A stretch of 64,000 bases of DNA from an uncultured cyanobacterium (lineage in GTDB: Bacteria; Cyanobacteriota; Cyanobacteriia; Cyanobacteriales; CAWCAG01), in contig CAWCAG010000007.1 of NCBI GenBank assembly GCA_963793425.1, positions 1,157,397 to 1,221,396 of the forward strand. The letters run 5' to 3'. The position numbers and the translations under genes were made by a program. The first letter of the stretch is position 1; the number at the start of each line of letters is the position of its first letter. Positions 40,657 through 53,332 of this stretch are shown piece after piece. The notes beneath the pieces are model-generated. The model had not been told where the DNA came from. It searched no databases and saw only the letters and a list, made by a program, of their open reading frames with translations.

Positions 40657-43600
40657 TTAAGCAATTTCAAAATCTGCTTCGTTTATTACTGAGGATGATA
40701 CTCCTAAAACTGACACCAAAACTTCACTGCTAGCCGTGTCGCTAATTAAAGTACTGTAACCATTAGAAGTGACACTTAGCTGTCCAAAAGTTAAACCGTT
40801 GGTAAGTAAGAAAGTATCCTCGCCGTCGGTAAAGTCAAAAATGAGGTCACCTCCTGCACCTAATTGTAAAAGGAACTTATCTGCACCACCATCTCCGAAG
40901 AGGCGATCGCTTCCTGTGCCACCATCAATTAGATCATCTCCTTCTCCACCGCGTATCAAGTCATTACCAGCCCCACCAAGGAGGGTATCATTTTCTAGGT
41001 TACCAAAGAGGATGTCATCTCCTGCACCACCATCTAGGAAGTCATTACCTAAACCACCACTTAAGAAGTCATCACCCTCACCGCCAAAGATTTGATCATT
41101 TCCTACCTCACCAAAGAGTTGGTCATTGTCTGCACCGCCATCAAGAAAATCGTTACCTTCTCCACCTGTAATGAGGTCATTACCTGAATTACCAAAGAGG
41201 TTGTCATCTCCTGCATCTCCCAGAATGTTATCATCTCCCGCACCACCTTCAGCAAAGTCATCGCCTCCTAACCCCTGTAAGGTGTCGTTACCCTCCAAAC
41301 CAAACAGAGAGTCGTTCCCACTATCCCCAACTAGGGTATCATCCCCAGGAGTTCCAAATAAGGTCAGATCATTAGCAGGGTCTACAGTAAGATTAACCGT
41401 GGCGGTGGATGTACCACCGTTACCATCAGCGATTGTGTAGTTAAAGCTGTCTGTACCCATAAAACCTGGTGTGGGAGTATAAATGAGTTTGTCGTCGGTT
41501 AAATCACTGGCTGTACCATTGTCATCTAAGGTGACGCTGCCACCAGCAACAGAGTTGGCATCAAAGCTATTGATGAATACAGAGTCACCTTCTACAGGAT
41601 CACTATCATTAGCGAGGACATCAATAGTTAAGGCTGTGTCTTGAGGGGTTGTGGCATTATCATCGGTACTGATGGGATTATCGTTGACGGAGTTAACCGT
41701 CAAATTAACCACTGCACCGGAAGCAAATAAGGAACCATCAGAGGCATTCCAAGCAAAGCTAGTATTACCGTTGAAGTTAGCATCAGGGGTAAAGTTGAGT
41801 TTACCCAGATCCGCAGCAGCAATACTATCCCCCGCCCCGACAATAATATCATTTAAACGCAGGATGCCAGAGGGGGGGAGAGAAACAATGTTAATTTGAT
41901 TGAGACTATCACCTTCAACGTCGTTAAACACATCAGTAAAGTCAGCAGCAGTGAAGGAAATAACTGTGTCTTCGTCCCCAACTTTGTTAATGTCGCTAAT
42001 TGTGGGGGCATCGTTTACACCGTTGATATTTAAGGTGACGGTAGCTGTATCTGTACCACCGTTGCCGTCATCAATGGTATAGGTGAAGCTATCGGTAGCG
42101 GTTTCTCCTGGGGCTAAATAGTCGAAGGCGTTATTAGGGTTGTAGGTTATGTTATTAGCCGCGCCAATACTTACTTGCCCTAACGTATTGTTGGTGTCTA
42201 GGCTAGTAAAAATGAGAGTATCACTGCTATCAGTATCGCTGTCATTATCCAAGAAGCTAGCAGTTGTCAAAGGAGTATCTTCGTCGATGGTAAGGTTATC
42301 ATCATTAGCAACAGGAACATCATTTACTCCGTTGATAGTAATGTTGACTGTAGCTATGTCTGTGTTGCCATTGCCATCATCAATGGTGTAACTAAAACTA
42401 TCAATGGTAGTTTCTCCCACCGCAAGGGATTCAAACTGACCATTAGGATCGTAGTTAAATGTGCCATCGCCGTTGTAGGTGACTAAGCCTAAAGTGTTTG
42501 TGGTATCGAAGCTAGAGAAGTTAATGTTGTCAATAGAATCTGGGTCGCTATCGTTGCTTAAAACATTGGCAGTAGTAAAGGTAGTATCTTCATCAGTGCT
42601 GAAGTTATCATCATTAGCAATGGGACTTTCGTTAATGTCGTTAACGGTAACATTGAGAGTTTGCGTATCACTGCCACCATTGCCATCAGCAGCAGTTACT
42701 TCTACTTCATAAACGTTGTCTCCATCTGCATCTACAGGAGATTCAAAGTTAGGATTGTCGATGAAGCTTAATTCTCCTGTAGTTGAGTTGATGGTAAAGA
42801 GGTTGCTGTCTGTCCCCCCTGCGATCGCAAAGTTAACCACATCATTATCAGGATCTGTTGCCGTAACGGTAGTAACTAAAGTTGTGTTTTCATCTAAGTT
42901 TGGTGCAAAATTAGAAGTTATGGTGGGATTGTCATTAACACCATTGATAGTCACAGTGAGAGTAGCTGTAACAGTGCCACCGTTTCCATCAGCAACTGTG
43001 TAACCAAAACTATCAGTGGCTGTTTCTCCTACTGCTAAAGACTCAAATTTTCCGTTGGGATCATAGTCGAATGTGCCATCCCCATTGTTAATAACTGAAC
43101 CTAATGTGCCAGTAGTATCGAGGTTACTAACGCTTAGAGTATCTCCATCTGCGTCGTTATAGCTGTTAAGGACATTAGCTGTGGTGAAGGGAGTATCTTC
43201 ATCGGTTGTACCATTGTTAACATTGCTACGACCAAAGACGACATAGCTTTCTCCTGCACCAGAATTACCATTGGGGCTAGCATTCCTGGCTCCGATAATC
43301 AAATCATCAATACCATCTCCATTAATGTCTCCTGCTCCGCTTACTGAATTACCAGAGTAGTCATTTAAATCAATACCGTTGATAACAAAGCCATTGCTAC
43401 CATTCAGAGCTGATAGTTCCAAGCTGGGAGCAAAGCCATTATTGCGGCCAAAGACCACGTAGCTTTCTCCTGCACGAGCATTACTGTTGGGATCGGCTCC
43501 GTATGCCCCAATAATCAAGTCATCAATGCCATCACCGTTGATATCCCCTGTTCCGCTTACTGAAAAACCAGATTTGTCACCTGAATCAATGCCGTTAATG

Positions 43601-46600
43601 ACAAAACCATTGCTACCATTCAGGTCTGATAGTTCTAAGCTAGCATTAAAGCCATTATTACTGCCAAAGACGACGTAGCTTTCTCCTGCACTAGAATTAC
43701 CATTAGGGTCAGCTAATTCTGCTCCAATAATCAAATCATCAATGCCATCACCGTTAATATCCCCTGCTCCGCTTACTGAACGACCAGAGTAGTCAACTGA
43801 ATCAATACCGTTAATGACAAAACCATTGCTACCATTCAGGTCTGATAGTTCTAAGCTAGCATTAAAGCCACTATTAGTGCCAAAGACGACATAGCTCTCT
43901 CCTCCACGACCTTTACCATCCGGGTCGGCTCTGTATGCCCCAATAATCAAATCATCAATGCCATCACCGTTAATGTCTCCTGCTCCGCTTACTGAACGAC
44001 CAGAGTATCCATTTACATCAATACCGTTGAGGACAAAACCATTGCTGCCATCTAGGTCTGAAAGTTCTAAGCTAGCATTAAAGCCATTATTACTGCCAAA
44101 GACGACATAGCTCTCTCCTGCACGAAAACTACCACCGTCGGCCCACGTTGCCCCAATAATCAAATCATCAATGCCATCACCGTTGATATCTCCTGCTCCG
44201 CTTACTGAAACACCGGAGAAGTCGAATGAATCAGCACCGTTGATGACAAAACCATTACTACCATCTAGGTCTGATAATTCCACACTAGCATTAAAACTAT
44301 CAGGACTACCAAAGACGACGTAGCTCTCTCCTACAGTAGAATTACCATTGGGGTCGGCTCTGTATGCGCCAATAATCAAATCATCAATGCCATCACCGTT
44401 GATATCCCCTGCTCCGCTTACTGAATAACCAGATATGTCACCTGAATCAATGCCATTGATGACAAAACCATTGCTACCATTCAAGGCTGATAATTCCAGG
44501 CTAGCATTAAAACCATTATCGCTGCCAAAGACGACATAGCTTTCTCCAGCATCATTATTGCCATTGGGATCGGCATACCTTGCCCCAATAATCAAGTCAT
44601 CAAGGCCATCACCGTTGATATCTCCTGCTCCGCTTACTGAATTACCAGATTGGTCATCTGCATCAATACCGTTGATGACAAAGCCATTGCTGCCATCTAA
44701 ATCTGTGAGGTTAATACTGGGATTGAAGAAGACTGGTGCATCATTCACCACAGGTGCGTCATTAACATCATTAACAGTTATATTCAAAGCTTGTGTGTCT
44801 GTACCACCATTACCATCATCGGCAGTTACTTCTACTTCATAAACGTTATCGCCGTCTGCATCAACAGGAGATTCAAAGTTGGGATTGTCAATGAAGCTTA
44901 ATTCTCCTGTGGTGGAGTCTATGGTAAATAGATTGCTATCTGTTCCTGCAATTCCATAATTAATTACATCATTATCAGGATCTGTTGCCGTAACCGTGGT
45001 AACTAAAGTTGTATTCTCATCAACATCAAAATCAGTGCCGGAAATAATAGTCGGGTCATCATTGTAGTTGTTAAAGCCGAAGAAGACATAACTACTACCT
45101 GAACCATTACCATTGGGACTAGCATAGGGAGCGCCCATAATCAAGTCAGCAAAGCCATCACCATTGATATCCCCTCCATCACTGACTGAAAAACCGAGAC
45201 TATCTCCTATTACTGCCCCATTTCCTCCTACTTCTCCATTAAACCGCAAACCTTGACTAGCATTAAGTTGAGATACTTCTAAATTGGCGCTGAAACCATC
45301 ATCACTGCCAAAGATAACATAACTACTGCCAGAACTAGAACCGTTGGCATCTGCACTAAAAGCACCAACAGCGAGATCGTCTAAGCCATCACCATTGATA
45401 TCTCCTACACCACTTACGGAATCACCTAAGCCATCCCCAACTTCATTAGAGGTAATCTTAAAGCCGTTAATGCCGTTGAGGTTAGATTGAAAATTAAATG
45501 TTGTATCATCGAAATTGGAGAGAGCGAAAGTAGAGTCAAAACCTTCATCTGTACCAAAGATGACAGAACTAGTGTCAAACTCTTCACTAAAGTAGAAACC
45601 ATCAGAGGTTATACCAAGAACGATATCATCAAAGCCATCACCGTTAATATCCCCCGCGCTGCTGACAGGCACGAATAAATCTCCTGGGGATGTTACAAAG
45701 CTTAGTGCAGGATTAATGATTTCAAAGCCGTTACTACCATCGAGATCGGCAACATCTAAGTTAGCATTGAAGCCAGTATCGCTCCCAAAAACTACATAGC
45801 TAATACCATTGTATCCACTGTAGGAATCACCAGGATCACCGGGTGCAGCAATAATCACATCATTAAAGCCATCACCGTTGATATCTCCCGCACCACTGAC
45901 AGATAAACCTAAGCGATCGCTCTGATACTTGGGAATCAATCTTAAAGCCGTTATTACCGTCAAGGGTAGAAAGATCCAAGCTAGAATTAAAACCAGCATC
46001 ACTACCAAAAACAAGGTAAGCACCAGACTCATCAGGATTAGGTACAGTACAAGGAGAACACCACCACCAATAATTAGATCATCAAAGCCATCTCCATTAA
46101 AATCTCCCACATTGCTAACAGAAACCCCTGCATAGTTATCTTCTGCTACACCATCAATTTTAAAGCCATTAGCTACCATCAAGAGTAGACAAATCAAAAG
46201 TAGAACTGAAGCCTGTATTTTGACCAAAGATTACATAACTTTGCCGATCACCAACAGCACCAACAATCAGAGTCATCAATACCATCGCCATTAATATCTC
46301 CTGCGCTCACTAACAGAATTTCCTAATCCAGCAAACTCAAACTCACCATTAATCTTAAAACCATTACTACCATCAAGAGAAGAAAGTTCTAAAGGAGAGT
46401 TGAAGCCACTATCAGTACCAAAAACAACGTAGGCACTACCTGCATAATTGTTACCGTTAGGATCTGCACCAAAAGCGCCAACAATGAAATCATCAATACC
46501 ATCGCCGTTGATATCACCGATACCGCTTACGTTTCTGCCTGCGCGATCGCCCTCTAATTCTCCATTAATTTTAAAGCCGTTGCTACCATCAAACTGAGAT

Positions 46601-49600
46601 ACTTCTATCGGAGTTAAAGGAGTTTCGCTGACATCGTTAACCGTAACATTGATAGCTTGTGTATCTGTGCCATTTTTGGGATCACTGGCAGTAACTTCCA
46701 CCTCATAAAGATTATCCCCATCTGCATCGGCAGGAGATTCAAAGTCAGGAGTGTTGAGGAATCTTAATTCTCCTGTGGTTTCATCTACAGCAAACAGGCT
46801 GGCATCGTCTCCCCCGGTTATGGAGAAATTAAGGGCATCGCCATCAGGATCTGTTGCTGTTACTGTAGTTATTTTAGTAGTGTTTTCATCTAGATTAAAG
46901 CTAGTGCCGGAAGTGATGGTTGGAGCATTGTTACCTGCTAAACTAAAGACAACGTAGGCACGGCCATAAGAACTTCCCCCAGGCATTGCACCAATTATTA
47001 AGTCGTTGAAACCATCACCGTTAATATCTCCTGCACCGCTAACAGAGTAACCTGAGTTGTCCTCTGCTCCTGCACCATTGAGTTTCAGACCATTGCTACC
47101 GTCTAAAGTTGAGAGGTCGAAAGTGGGAGCAAAGCTATCGTTGCTGCCAAAAATTACATGGCTACTGCCAGAGCCACTGCCGTTAGAGTCAGAGCCTACA
47201 GCCCCAAGGATTATATCATCTATGCCGTCACCATTAAAATCGCCGAGACCGCTAACCGAAAAACCGATAAAGTCATCTGCTGCTTCTTCGTTGATCTTAA
47301 AGCCGTTGTTACCATCTAGGGTAGATAAATCTAGACTGGGAGAAAACCCAGTATTATTGCCGAAAACTATATAGCTGCTGCCACCAAAGGGAGCGCCGAT
47401 AATAATGTCGTCAAAGCCATCATTATTAATATCCCCTGCACTACTAACAGAGCGACCTGAACTGTCACCTGCTGCTTCACCATTGAGTTTGAAGCCATTA
47501 CTGCCATCTAAAGTGGTCAGGTCAAAGCTAGAGGCAAAACCAGTATTCTTGCCAAAGACAACATAACTACTGCCGGAAAAACTACCATTGGGATCAGCAC
47601 CCTCCGCAGCAACAATAAAATCATCAATGCCGTCACCATTAAAGTCTCCTGCACTGCTAACAGAGCGACCTAAGCTGTCACCTGCTGCCTCACCATTAAT
47701 TTTGAAACCATTGCTGCCATCTAAAGTTGCCAGGTTTAAGTTAGAGGTAAAACCAGTGTTACTGCCAAAAACTACATAGCTGCTACCGGAAAAATCACCA
47801 TTGGCATCAGCACTGTCAGCGCCAATGATCAGATCATCAATACCATCGCCGTTGACATCTCCTGCACTACTTACCGAAGAACCGAAGCCATCATATTCTG
47901 CTTCACCGTTAATTTTAAAGCCGTTGCTGCTATCTAAAGTTACAACATCTAAATCAGAGGTAAAACCAGTGGTGCGACCAAAAACCACATAGCTACTGCC
48001 AGCAGCGCCATCAGCGCCAACAATCAGGTCATCAATACCGTCACCGTTGACATCTCCTGCACTGCTAACGGATATTCCGAAAGCATCAGAGGCATTTTCA
48101 CCGTTGATTTTAAAACCGTTACTACCATCTAAGGTAGAGAGGTCAAAGTTGGCATCAAAGCCTGTATCTTTACCAAAAATCACATAACTACTACTAGCAC
48201 CAGGTGCGCCAAGAATAATGTCATCAAAGCCATCTCCGTTGACATCTCCTGCATCGCTAACCCTGTTTAAGAAATCAGTAGAAGATTCACCATCAATGAC
48301 GAAACCATTAATACCATTAAGGTTAGCAAGGTTAGTCTCTGCTACAGAAGTCTCACTGAGATTGTTAACTGTAATATTGAGTGTTTGAGTATCCACACCA
48401 CCATTGCTATCCGCAGCGCTAACTTCCACTTCGTAAACGTTATCGCCGTCTGCATCTAAAGGAGATTCAAAGTTAGGATTGTTGTTGAAGCTTAATTCTC
48501 CTGTGGTGGAGTTGATGGTAAAGAGATTGCTATCTGCTCCTCCTGCGATTCCATAATTAACAACATCTCCATCTTCATCAGAGGCAGTGACTGTACTAAC
48601 TAATGTTGAGTTTTCGTTGATGTTAAGAATGGAGTCGGAGGTTATGGTAGGAGATTCGTTGACATTGTTTACCGCGACATTAAGAGTTTGCGTATCCACA
48701 CCACCATTTCCATCATCGGCCGTAACTTCTACTTCGTAAATGTTATCGCCGTCTGTATCTAAAGGAGATTCAAAGTTAGGAGCGTTGTTGAAGCTTAATT
48801 CTCCTGTGGTGGAATTGATAGTAAAGAGATTGCTATCTTCTCCCCCTGCGATTCCATAATTGAGATTATCTCCATTCGGATCTGTCGCTGTAACAGTAGT
48901 GACTAAAGTTGTGTTTTCGTTGAGGTTGGGAGTTAAGTTAGAAGTAATGGTAGGAGGATTATTACTACTAGGTGCTACAACCTCAATGGGAATAGCGAAA
49001 GTATTGTCATTTTCATTCGCTTCTGTTAAATCTTTGTTGACATCAGCTTTAAACAGCAGGAAGTAATTTCCTAAAGTTACTTCAGGGATAGTAATATCAC
49101 GCTCAAACGTATACTCATCACCAGCAGCTAAAGATTGATTAGTCAATCTACGTCCACTTTCTAAAGTCTCGTCAGAATCGTCGAGCATGGCATCTTGGGA
49201 AAGATAAACATAATCATACCAACCTCCGCTTACCTGTGCTGTCGCCCTAGCACTGGTATTTTGTACTGTCCAGGAAACCTCCAAACTTTCGCCCACTGCT
49301 ACTGATGTTACTGGGTTAGTACCCTTAGTTACTTGGGCTGATGATACTTCTAAGTTAGAGGCATCAATCTCAATGGGAATAGCGAAAGTATTATCAGCTT
49401 CGTCAGTTTCTTCCTGCTCGTTATTGTCGTCAGCTTTAAACAGTAGAAAGTAATTTCCTGGAGCTACATTATCATTTTCATCAATAGTAGCGTTGAAAAG
49501 ACGGGTGTAGCTAGCTCCCGCAGCTAGAGGTGACTTGGAGTCGGTACGGGGAGATTGTATCCATTTATCGGAAATATCCCATACACGATCCTCAGAAACA

Positions 49601-49800
49601 TAGACCCCGTCGCTTTTAAAGTCTTCTGCTACTCCTGCACCTGTATTTTGTACCGTCCAAGAAAGGTTAATTGTTTCATCTAACGCAATTAATGGAACAC
49701 CTGCAATAGGATTGCCATTATCATCAGTAACAAGAGCATCTGAGACAATTAGATTTGGTAAAACGTTAGGAAGAGGGTTGTTGTTGTTTGAGTCAGGCAT
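40657..49800 (-). CDS. Giant (~3,050 aa) T1SS-secreted adhesin with CARDB-like, cadherin, FG-GAP, Ig/VCBS-like and RTX repeats; broken by indels at ~45930-46300
   Basis: ORFs 46291-49800 and 40657-46227 join inside one FG-GAP repeat; 21 GD(I/V/F)NxDG motifs, DGDNVYEVEV cadherin motifs, C-terminal GGxGND repeats, no signal peptide. Confidence 0.88.
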
Positions 49801-49907
49801 GATTAATAAGAAGTTAAAAGTTATAGGTGTAAGCCTTCTCGAAAGAGTGAGTCAAAAGGGAGAGGTTTCAGGTGGTAGGTTTTAGGGAAAAGAGTAAAGC
49901 ACATTCT

Positions 49908-49942
49908 TTACTTATTACTTATTACTTATTACTTATTACTTA
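49908..49942. repeat. Heptamer tandem repeat (TTACTTA)x5
   Basis: Seen directly between the TIGR03032 and adhesin genes. Confidence 0.9.
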
Positions 49943-49964
49943 CCCCCATCTCCCCTAAAAAAAA

Positions 49965-51041
49965 CTAGCCAACGGTAATTACGCGGCGGATTTCATCGTT
50001 ACGTAAACCAATAGCCATTGGGCGACGTACCCCAGGAAGGACAGCGACATCATAAAGTTCACTAACAATTCCTTCAATACGCAAAGAGTGAACAATGTCT
50101 CCGGTACGCAAGTCAATTACTAGTAAACCACAACGGGGTTCTACTTTTTTCTCTTGTAACATTTCGTTTAAAGGCAAGCCGGAAAAGGTTTTATTTTCCC
50201 TCGGTTGAGATAAGCCGACAATGGCGAAGTCACCATGAAAGGCACAACCCCGGAGATATCCTGGGCAAAAGGCTACAGGTACAAACTTTTCTGTTGCTAA
50301 ATCCACATAACCAAACTCTCCTGTACCAGAATTGAGCAACCAGAGTTTGTCTTTGTACCAACGGGGAGAATGGGGCATTGATAACCCCGTCAAGATAACT
50401 TCTTTGCTCTCCACATCAACAACACAACCGCCATCTACCCTATTATCTCGCCAACCTTCTGCTACATCAGACTGACTGACTGCGGTAACGTATTGCGGTT
50501 TCCCTTCCCGCATTGCTAAACCATTAAGATGACAACGATCCTCGGCTGCAAGACGAGAAATAAAAGGCGGTTGCCATAAGGGGCGAAAACTATGGGTGTC
50601 ACTCACTGTAGCCAAGCAACTAAACAAAGTGTTAACAAAAACTAAAGAAAGCTGTTCTTCCTCTTGCTTAATTGCCAGATCATGAATGTCTAAATCCCCT
50701 GTAACATAACTCATTTGAGGTACATAAAGACAGTCATGATCGTTTTGGATTTGCCCCGGAGGAAGGGCATTTTCTAAACGCCAAATTTGATATAGGGAAC
50801 TGAAATAAAGACTATTTTCCGCAGCATATAAACCCATACATCGGTCAAAACTGCGTTCAAAGATTGATAGTTTACCATTACTTTGTAAGCCGACAAAGAA
50901 GATTTTGCCAGCTTGGTAAGTTGTGAAGGAAAGACTAAGATTCTGTTCAGTTAACCAAGAGGTAAACTGTCTAGATCCTGTAATTTCTAATTTTGGAGTA
51001 GCCACAGGCTTTTGAGTAGATGACTCTGTTAGTTGATTCAT
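49965..51041 (-). CDS. TIGR03032 (DUF4915) family protein, function unknown
   Basis: TTYQAGK, YVTGDLDIHD, VNTLFSCLAT, EDRCHLNGLA, GLSMPHSPRW, FCPGYLRG. Confidence 0.88.
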   Translation of the reverse strand: MNQLTESSTQKPVATPKLEITGSRQFTSWLTEQNLSLSFTTYQAGKIFFVGLQSNGKLSIFERSFDRCMGLYAAENSLYFSSLYQIWRLENALPPGQIQNDHDCLYVPQMSYVTGDLDIHDLAIKQEEEQLSLVFVNTLFSCLATVSDTHSFRPLWQPPFISRLAAEDRCHLNGLAMREGKPQYVTAVSQSDVAEGWRDNRVDGGCVVDVESKEVILTGLSMPHSPRWYKDKLWLLNSGTGEFGYVDLATEKFVPVAFCPGYLRGCAFHGDFAIVGLSQPRENKTFSGLPLNEMLQEKKVEPRCGLLVIDLRTGDIVHSLRIEGIVSELYDVAVLPGVRRPMAIGLRNDEIRRVITVG

Positions 51042-51217
51042 ATTGTACTTAAAGAGATACTAAAACATAAGAGTTAGGTTGACCTAACTCGTTTTCTCCC
51101 TTACTCCATCAAAGATACGCAGTTTTAATATTTCTTAAAGAAAATTGGGAAATAGGGAATAGTCAATAGGCAATAGGGAAATGTACTTCATAAATTTGAT
51201 AGACGCTATGAAGAGAC

Positions 51218-51282
51218 AACTAATAACTAGCAACTAGCAATTAGCGATTAGCAAACAGCAACTAGCAACTAGCGATTAACAA
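51218..51282. repeat. Degenerate heptamer repeat tract (CAACTAG/CAATTAG)
   Basis: About 9 imperfect units immediately after the hlyD stop. Confidence 0.75.
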
Positions 51283-52809
51283 TTAACTACTAGATTGAAG
51301 ACTATCAACTTTGCGAATAAACAAATCAGTAAAAATAGTAATCACTCGACGCTTACGCAGTTTAATATTGGCATTCACAGACATACCTGATTGCAATTCA
51401 ATTGGCTTACCATCAGCCATATTTAAAGCTTGTTGCTCAAGGCGAATTTCTGCGGGGAAACGATGAAAAGGATAAACTTCATTTGGGGGCAAAGCATCGG
51501 AACCAATTCGCACCAACTTCCCTTTAATATCTCCAAACTCGCTATAAGGAAAAGAATCAATCCTCACATCCACAGTCATATTTTCCTCAACAAAGCCAAT
51601 ATCTTGGTTAGTAATATAAACTTTAGCGATTAAATTATCCTGGGGAACGATCTTCAACAAAGGTTCACTAGATTTGACAACAAAACCAGGGCCTGTGGCT
51701 TGTAAATCGAATACCTTGCCACTAACAGGCGCTCTCAACTCTTGATAAACAAGGGTTTGCTCAATTTGGCTAATTTGGCTATCAACCTCTTCTAGACGCT
51801 TCTCATTTTCGAGAATCACTTTGCTTAACTGACTATCAATATCAGCAATGCGTTTGTCATTGTCAGAAATCTTGCTATAAATATCTGTGTCACTAGTCGC
51901 CACTGTGTTGCGTAAACGCTCTTGCGATTGCGTAATGCCGTATTGTAAACGCTTCTCCTCCTCCCGCAAACGGTTAACTTCCGAGACTGCCGTACCAACT
52001 TCCTGTTGTTGCCGCAGGAATTGCAACTCAGAAACAGCACCTTCTTTGACTAAAGGAGCAATGCGGTCAAGAATTTTCTGGTTAACCTGGAGAATGTCTT
52101 GAGCATTTGCAAGCTGTCCCCGTACTTGAGTTAGTTGTTGCCTAAGTTGCTCTGCTTCTAGACGAGTAACTTCAACCCGTGATTCTGATTCGGTTTGGTC
52201 TGCTTGGAAGCGATCCAGTTGCTGGGGACTTAAGTTGGCAGCGCTGCCCTCTCCTTGTAAGGTAGCTTGATAATAACGATTTTCTGCTACTAAAGAAGCA
52301 CGATTATCCGTTAAAGTCACCAACTCAGGGGATATCTCTACATTTTCCGGCTCCTCCGTTGCTATGCCTTGAAGTTGAGAACGATAAAAGCGATTTTCTG
52401 TCTTTAACTTTTGGCGAATTGTTGCCAGAGATTGAGACTCAGCTTGAGCAGTCTTTTGCTCAAAACTTACCAACAACTCCCCTGCTTCAACCGACTCCCC
52501 TTCTTCGACGTGTAGGGTTTCTACCACTCCCTCTACGGGAGCCTGCACCGGTTTAACTGCACTTTTTGGCTCCAACTTTCCTTGTGCAGGAACAGCTTCT
52601 TCAATTTTGGCAATACAAGCCCAAGCAATAATCGCAGAAGTAACTCCAACAATAGTAATAACAATCGCCCGCGACCAAAATGGGGACTGGCGCAAAATTA
52701 CTTTGCGGTCAAAGGTTTGAGAAGGTACTCTTGCCTCCTTACGAGGAACATCTACAGAAGTTGGTGAAGAAATATTATTGTTATTATTGTTATTATTGTT
52801 ATTAAACAT
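51283..52809 (-). CDS. hlyD: HlyD family T1SS membrane fusion protein
   Basis: Single TM, AQGKLEP, coiled coil, LRAPVSG, NQDIGFV, FPYSEFG, LQSGMSV. Confidence 0.93.
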   Translation of the reverse strand: MFNNNNNNNNNNISSPTSVDVPRKEARVPSQTFDRKVILRQSPFWSRAIVITIVGVTSAIIAWACIAKIEEAVPAQGKLEPKSAVKPVQAPVEGVVETLHVEEGESVEAGELLVSFEQKTAQAESQSLATIRQKLKTENRFYRSQLQGIATEEPENVEISPELVTLTDNRASLVAENRYYQATLQGEGSAANLSPQQLDRFQADQTESESRVEVTRLEAEQLRQQLTQVRGQLANAQDILQVNQKILDRIAPLVKEGAVSELQFLRQQQEVGTAVSEVNRLREEEKRLQYGITQSQERLRNTVATSDTDIYSKISDNDKRIADIDSQLSKVILENEKRLEEVDSQISQIEQTLVYQELRAPVSGKVFDLQATGPGFVVKSSEPLLKIVPQDNLIAKVYITNQDIGFVEENMTVDVRIDSFPYSEFGDIKGKLVRIGSDALPPNEVYPFHRFPAEIRLEQQALNMADGKPIELQSGMSVNANIKLRKRRVITIFTDLFIRKVDSLQSSS

Positions 52810-52828
52810 AATTAAGTAGACACAGCCT

Positions 52829-53236
52829 TCAAAACTTACCAGCTAACTTACAACCTCGCCAACGTAACAAAACAGCAGCCTGGGCTTTAGATAACATAAA
52901 CAGGTCTGCTTTTCTTCTTAATTCCCACAGTTCTAACTTTTCTACTGCCGTTAACACATCATTTTGATTCTTCTCCAGGAGCAGGTTATACCTTTCCAGG
53001 TTAGCTGCTGTTTTCCGACCTCTAGCAATTTCCCAAAGAGTGTCATTATCTAACTTATCGAGGGCAGCAAGTTCAGCCTGGAACTCATCTGGTACATCGT
53101 CCCAAGCAGGGGGACTACCTACCTGTAAAGACCTCAATAATATCTCTTCCAAAGGACTTTGGGTAGCTTGGGCTGTGTTGACCAAGCGTTGATAAAGCTG
53201 TTCAGGGATTTGTAGGGTAACTGTTGCTGTTGACAT
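52829..53236 (-). CDS. Hypothetical protein, antitoxin/RHH-like N-terminus
   Basis: VTLQIPEQLYQRL N-terminus; KAQAAVLLRWRG C-terminus. Confidence 0.65.
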   Translation of the reverse strand: MSTATVTLQIPEQLYQRLVNTAQATQSPLEEILLRSLQVGSPPAWDDVPDEFQAELAALDKLDNDTLWEIARGRKTAANLERYNLLLEKNQNDVLTAVEKLELWELRRKADLFMLSKAQAAVLLRWRGCKLAGKF

Positions 53237-53332
53237 AGTATATTAAATCGGGCGTAAGTTGAATAAGTCATCTGTTAGGGTTGGTAAGGGAATTACGACT
53301 GTCTAAGATATAATCTTCCATCTCCCCACCTC

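Noticed and set aside
43225..44710. Regularly spaced repeats as a CRISPR array
   Set aside because: The ~216-nt period is in-frame FG-GAP coding sequence, and there are no cas genes
45930..46227. Hydrophobic signal-like N-terminus of ORF 40657-46227
   Set aside because: Out-of-frame translation of FG-GAP repeats in the indel patch
40769..49066. Many plus-strand ORFs opposite the adhesin
   Set aside because: Antisense shadows of repetitive coding sequence (Ser/Pro/Leu-rich, no independent motifs)
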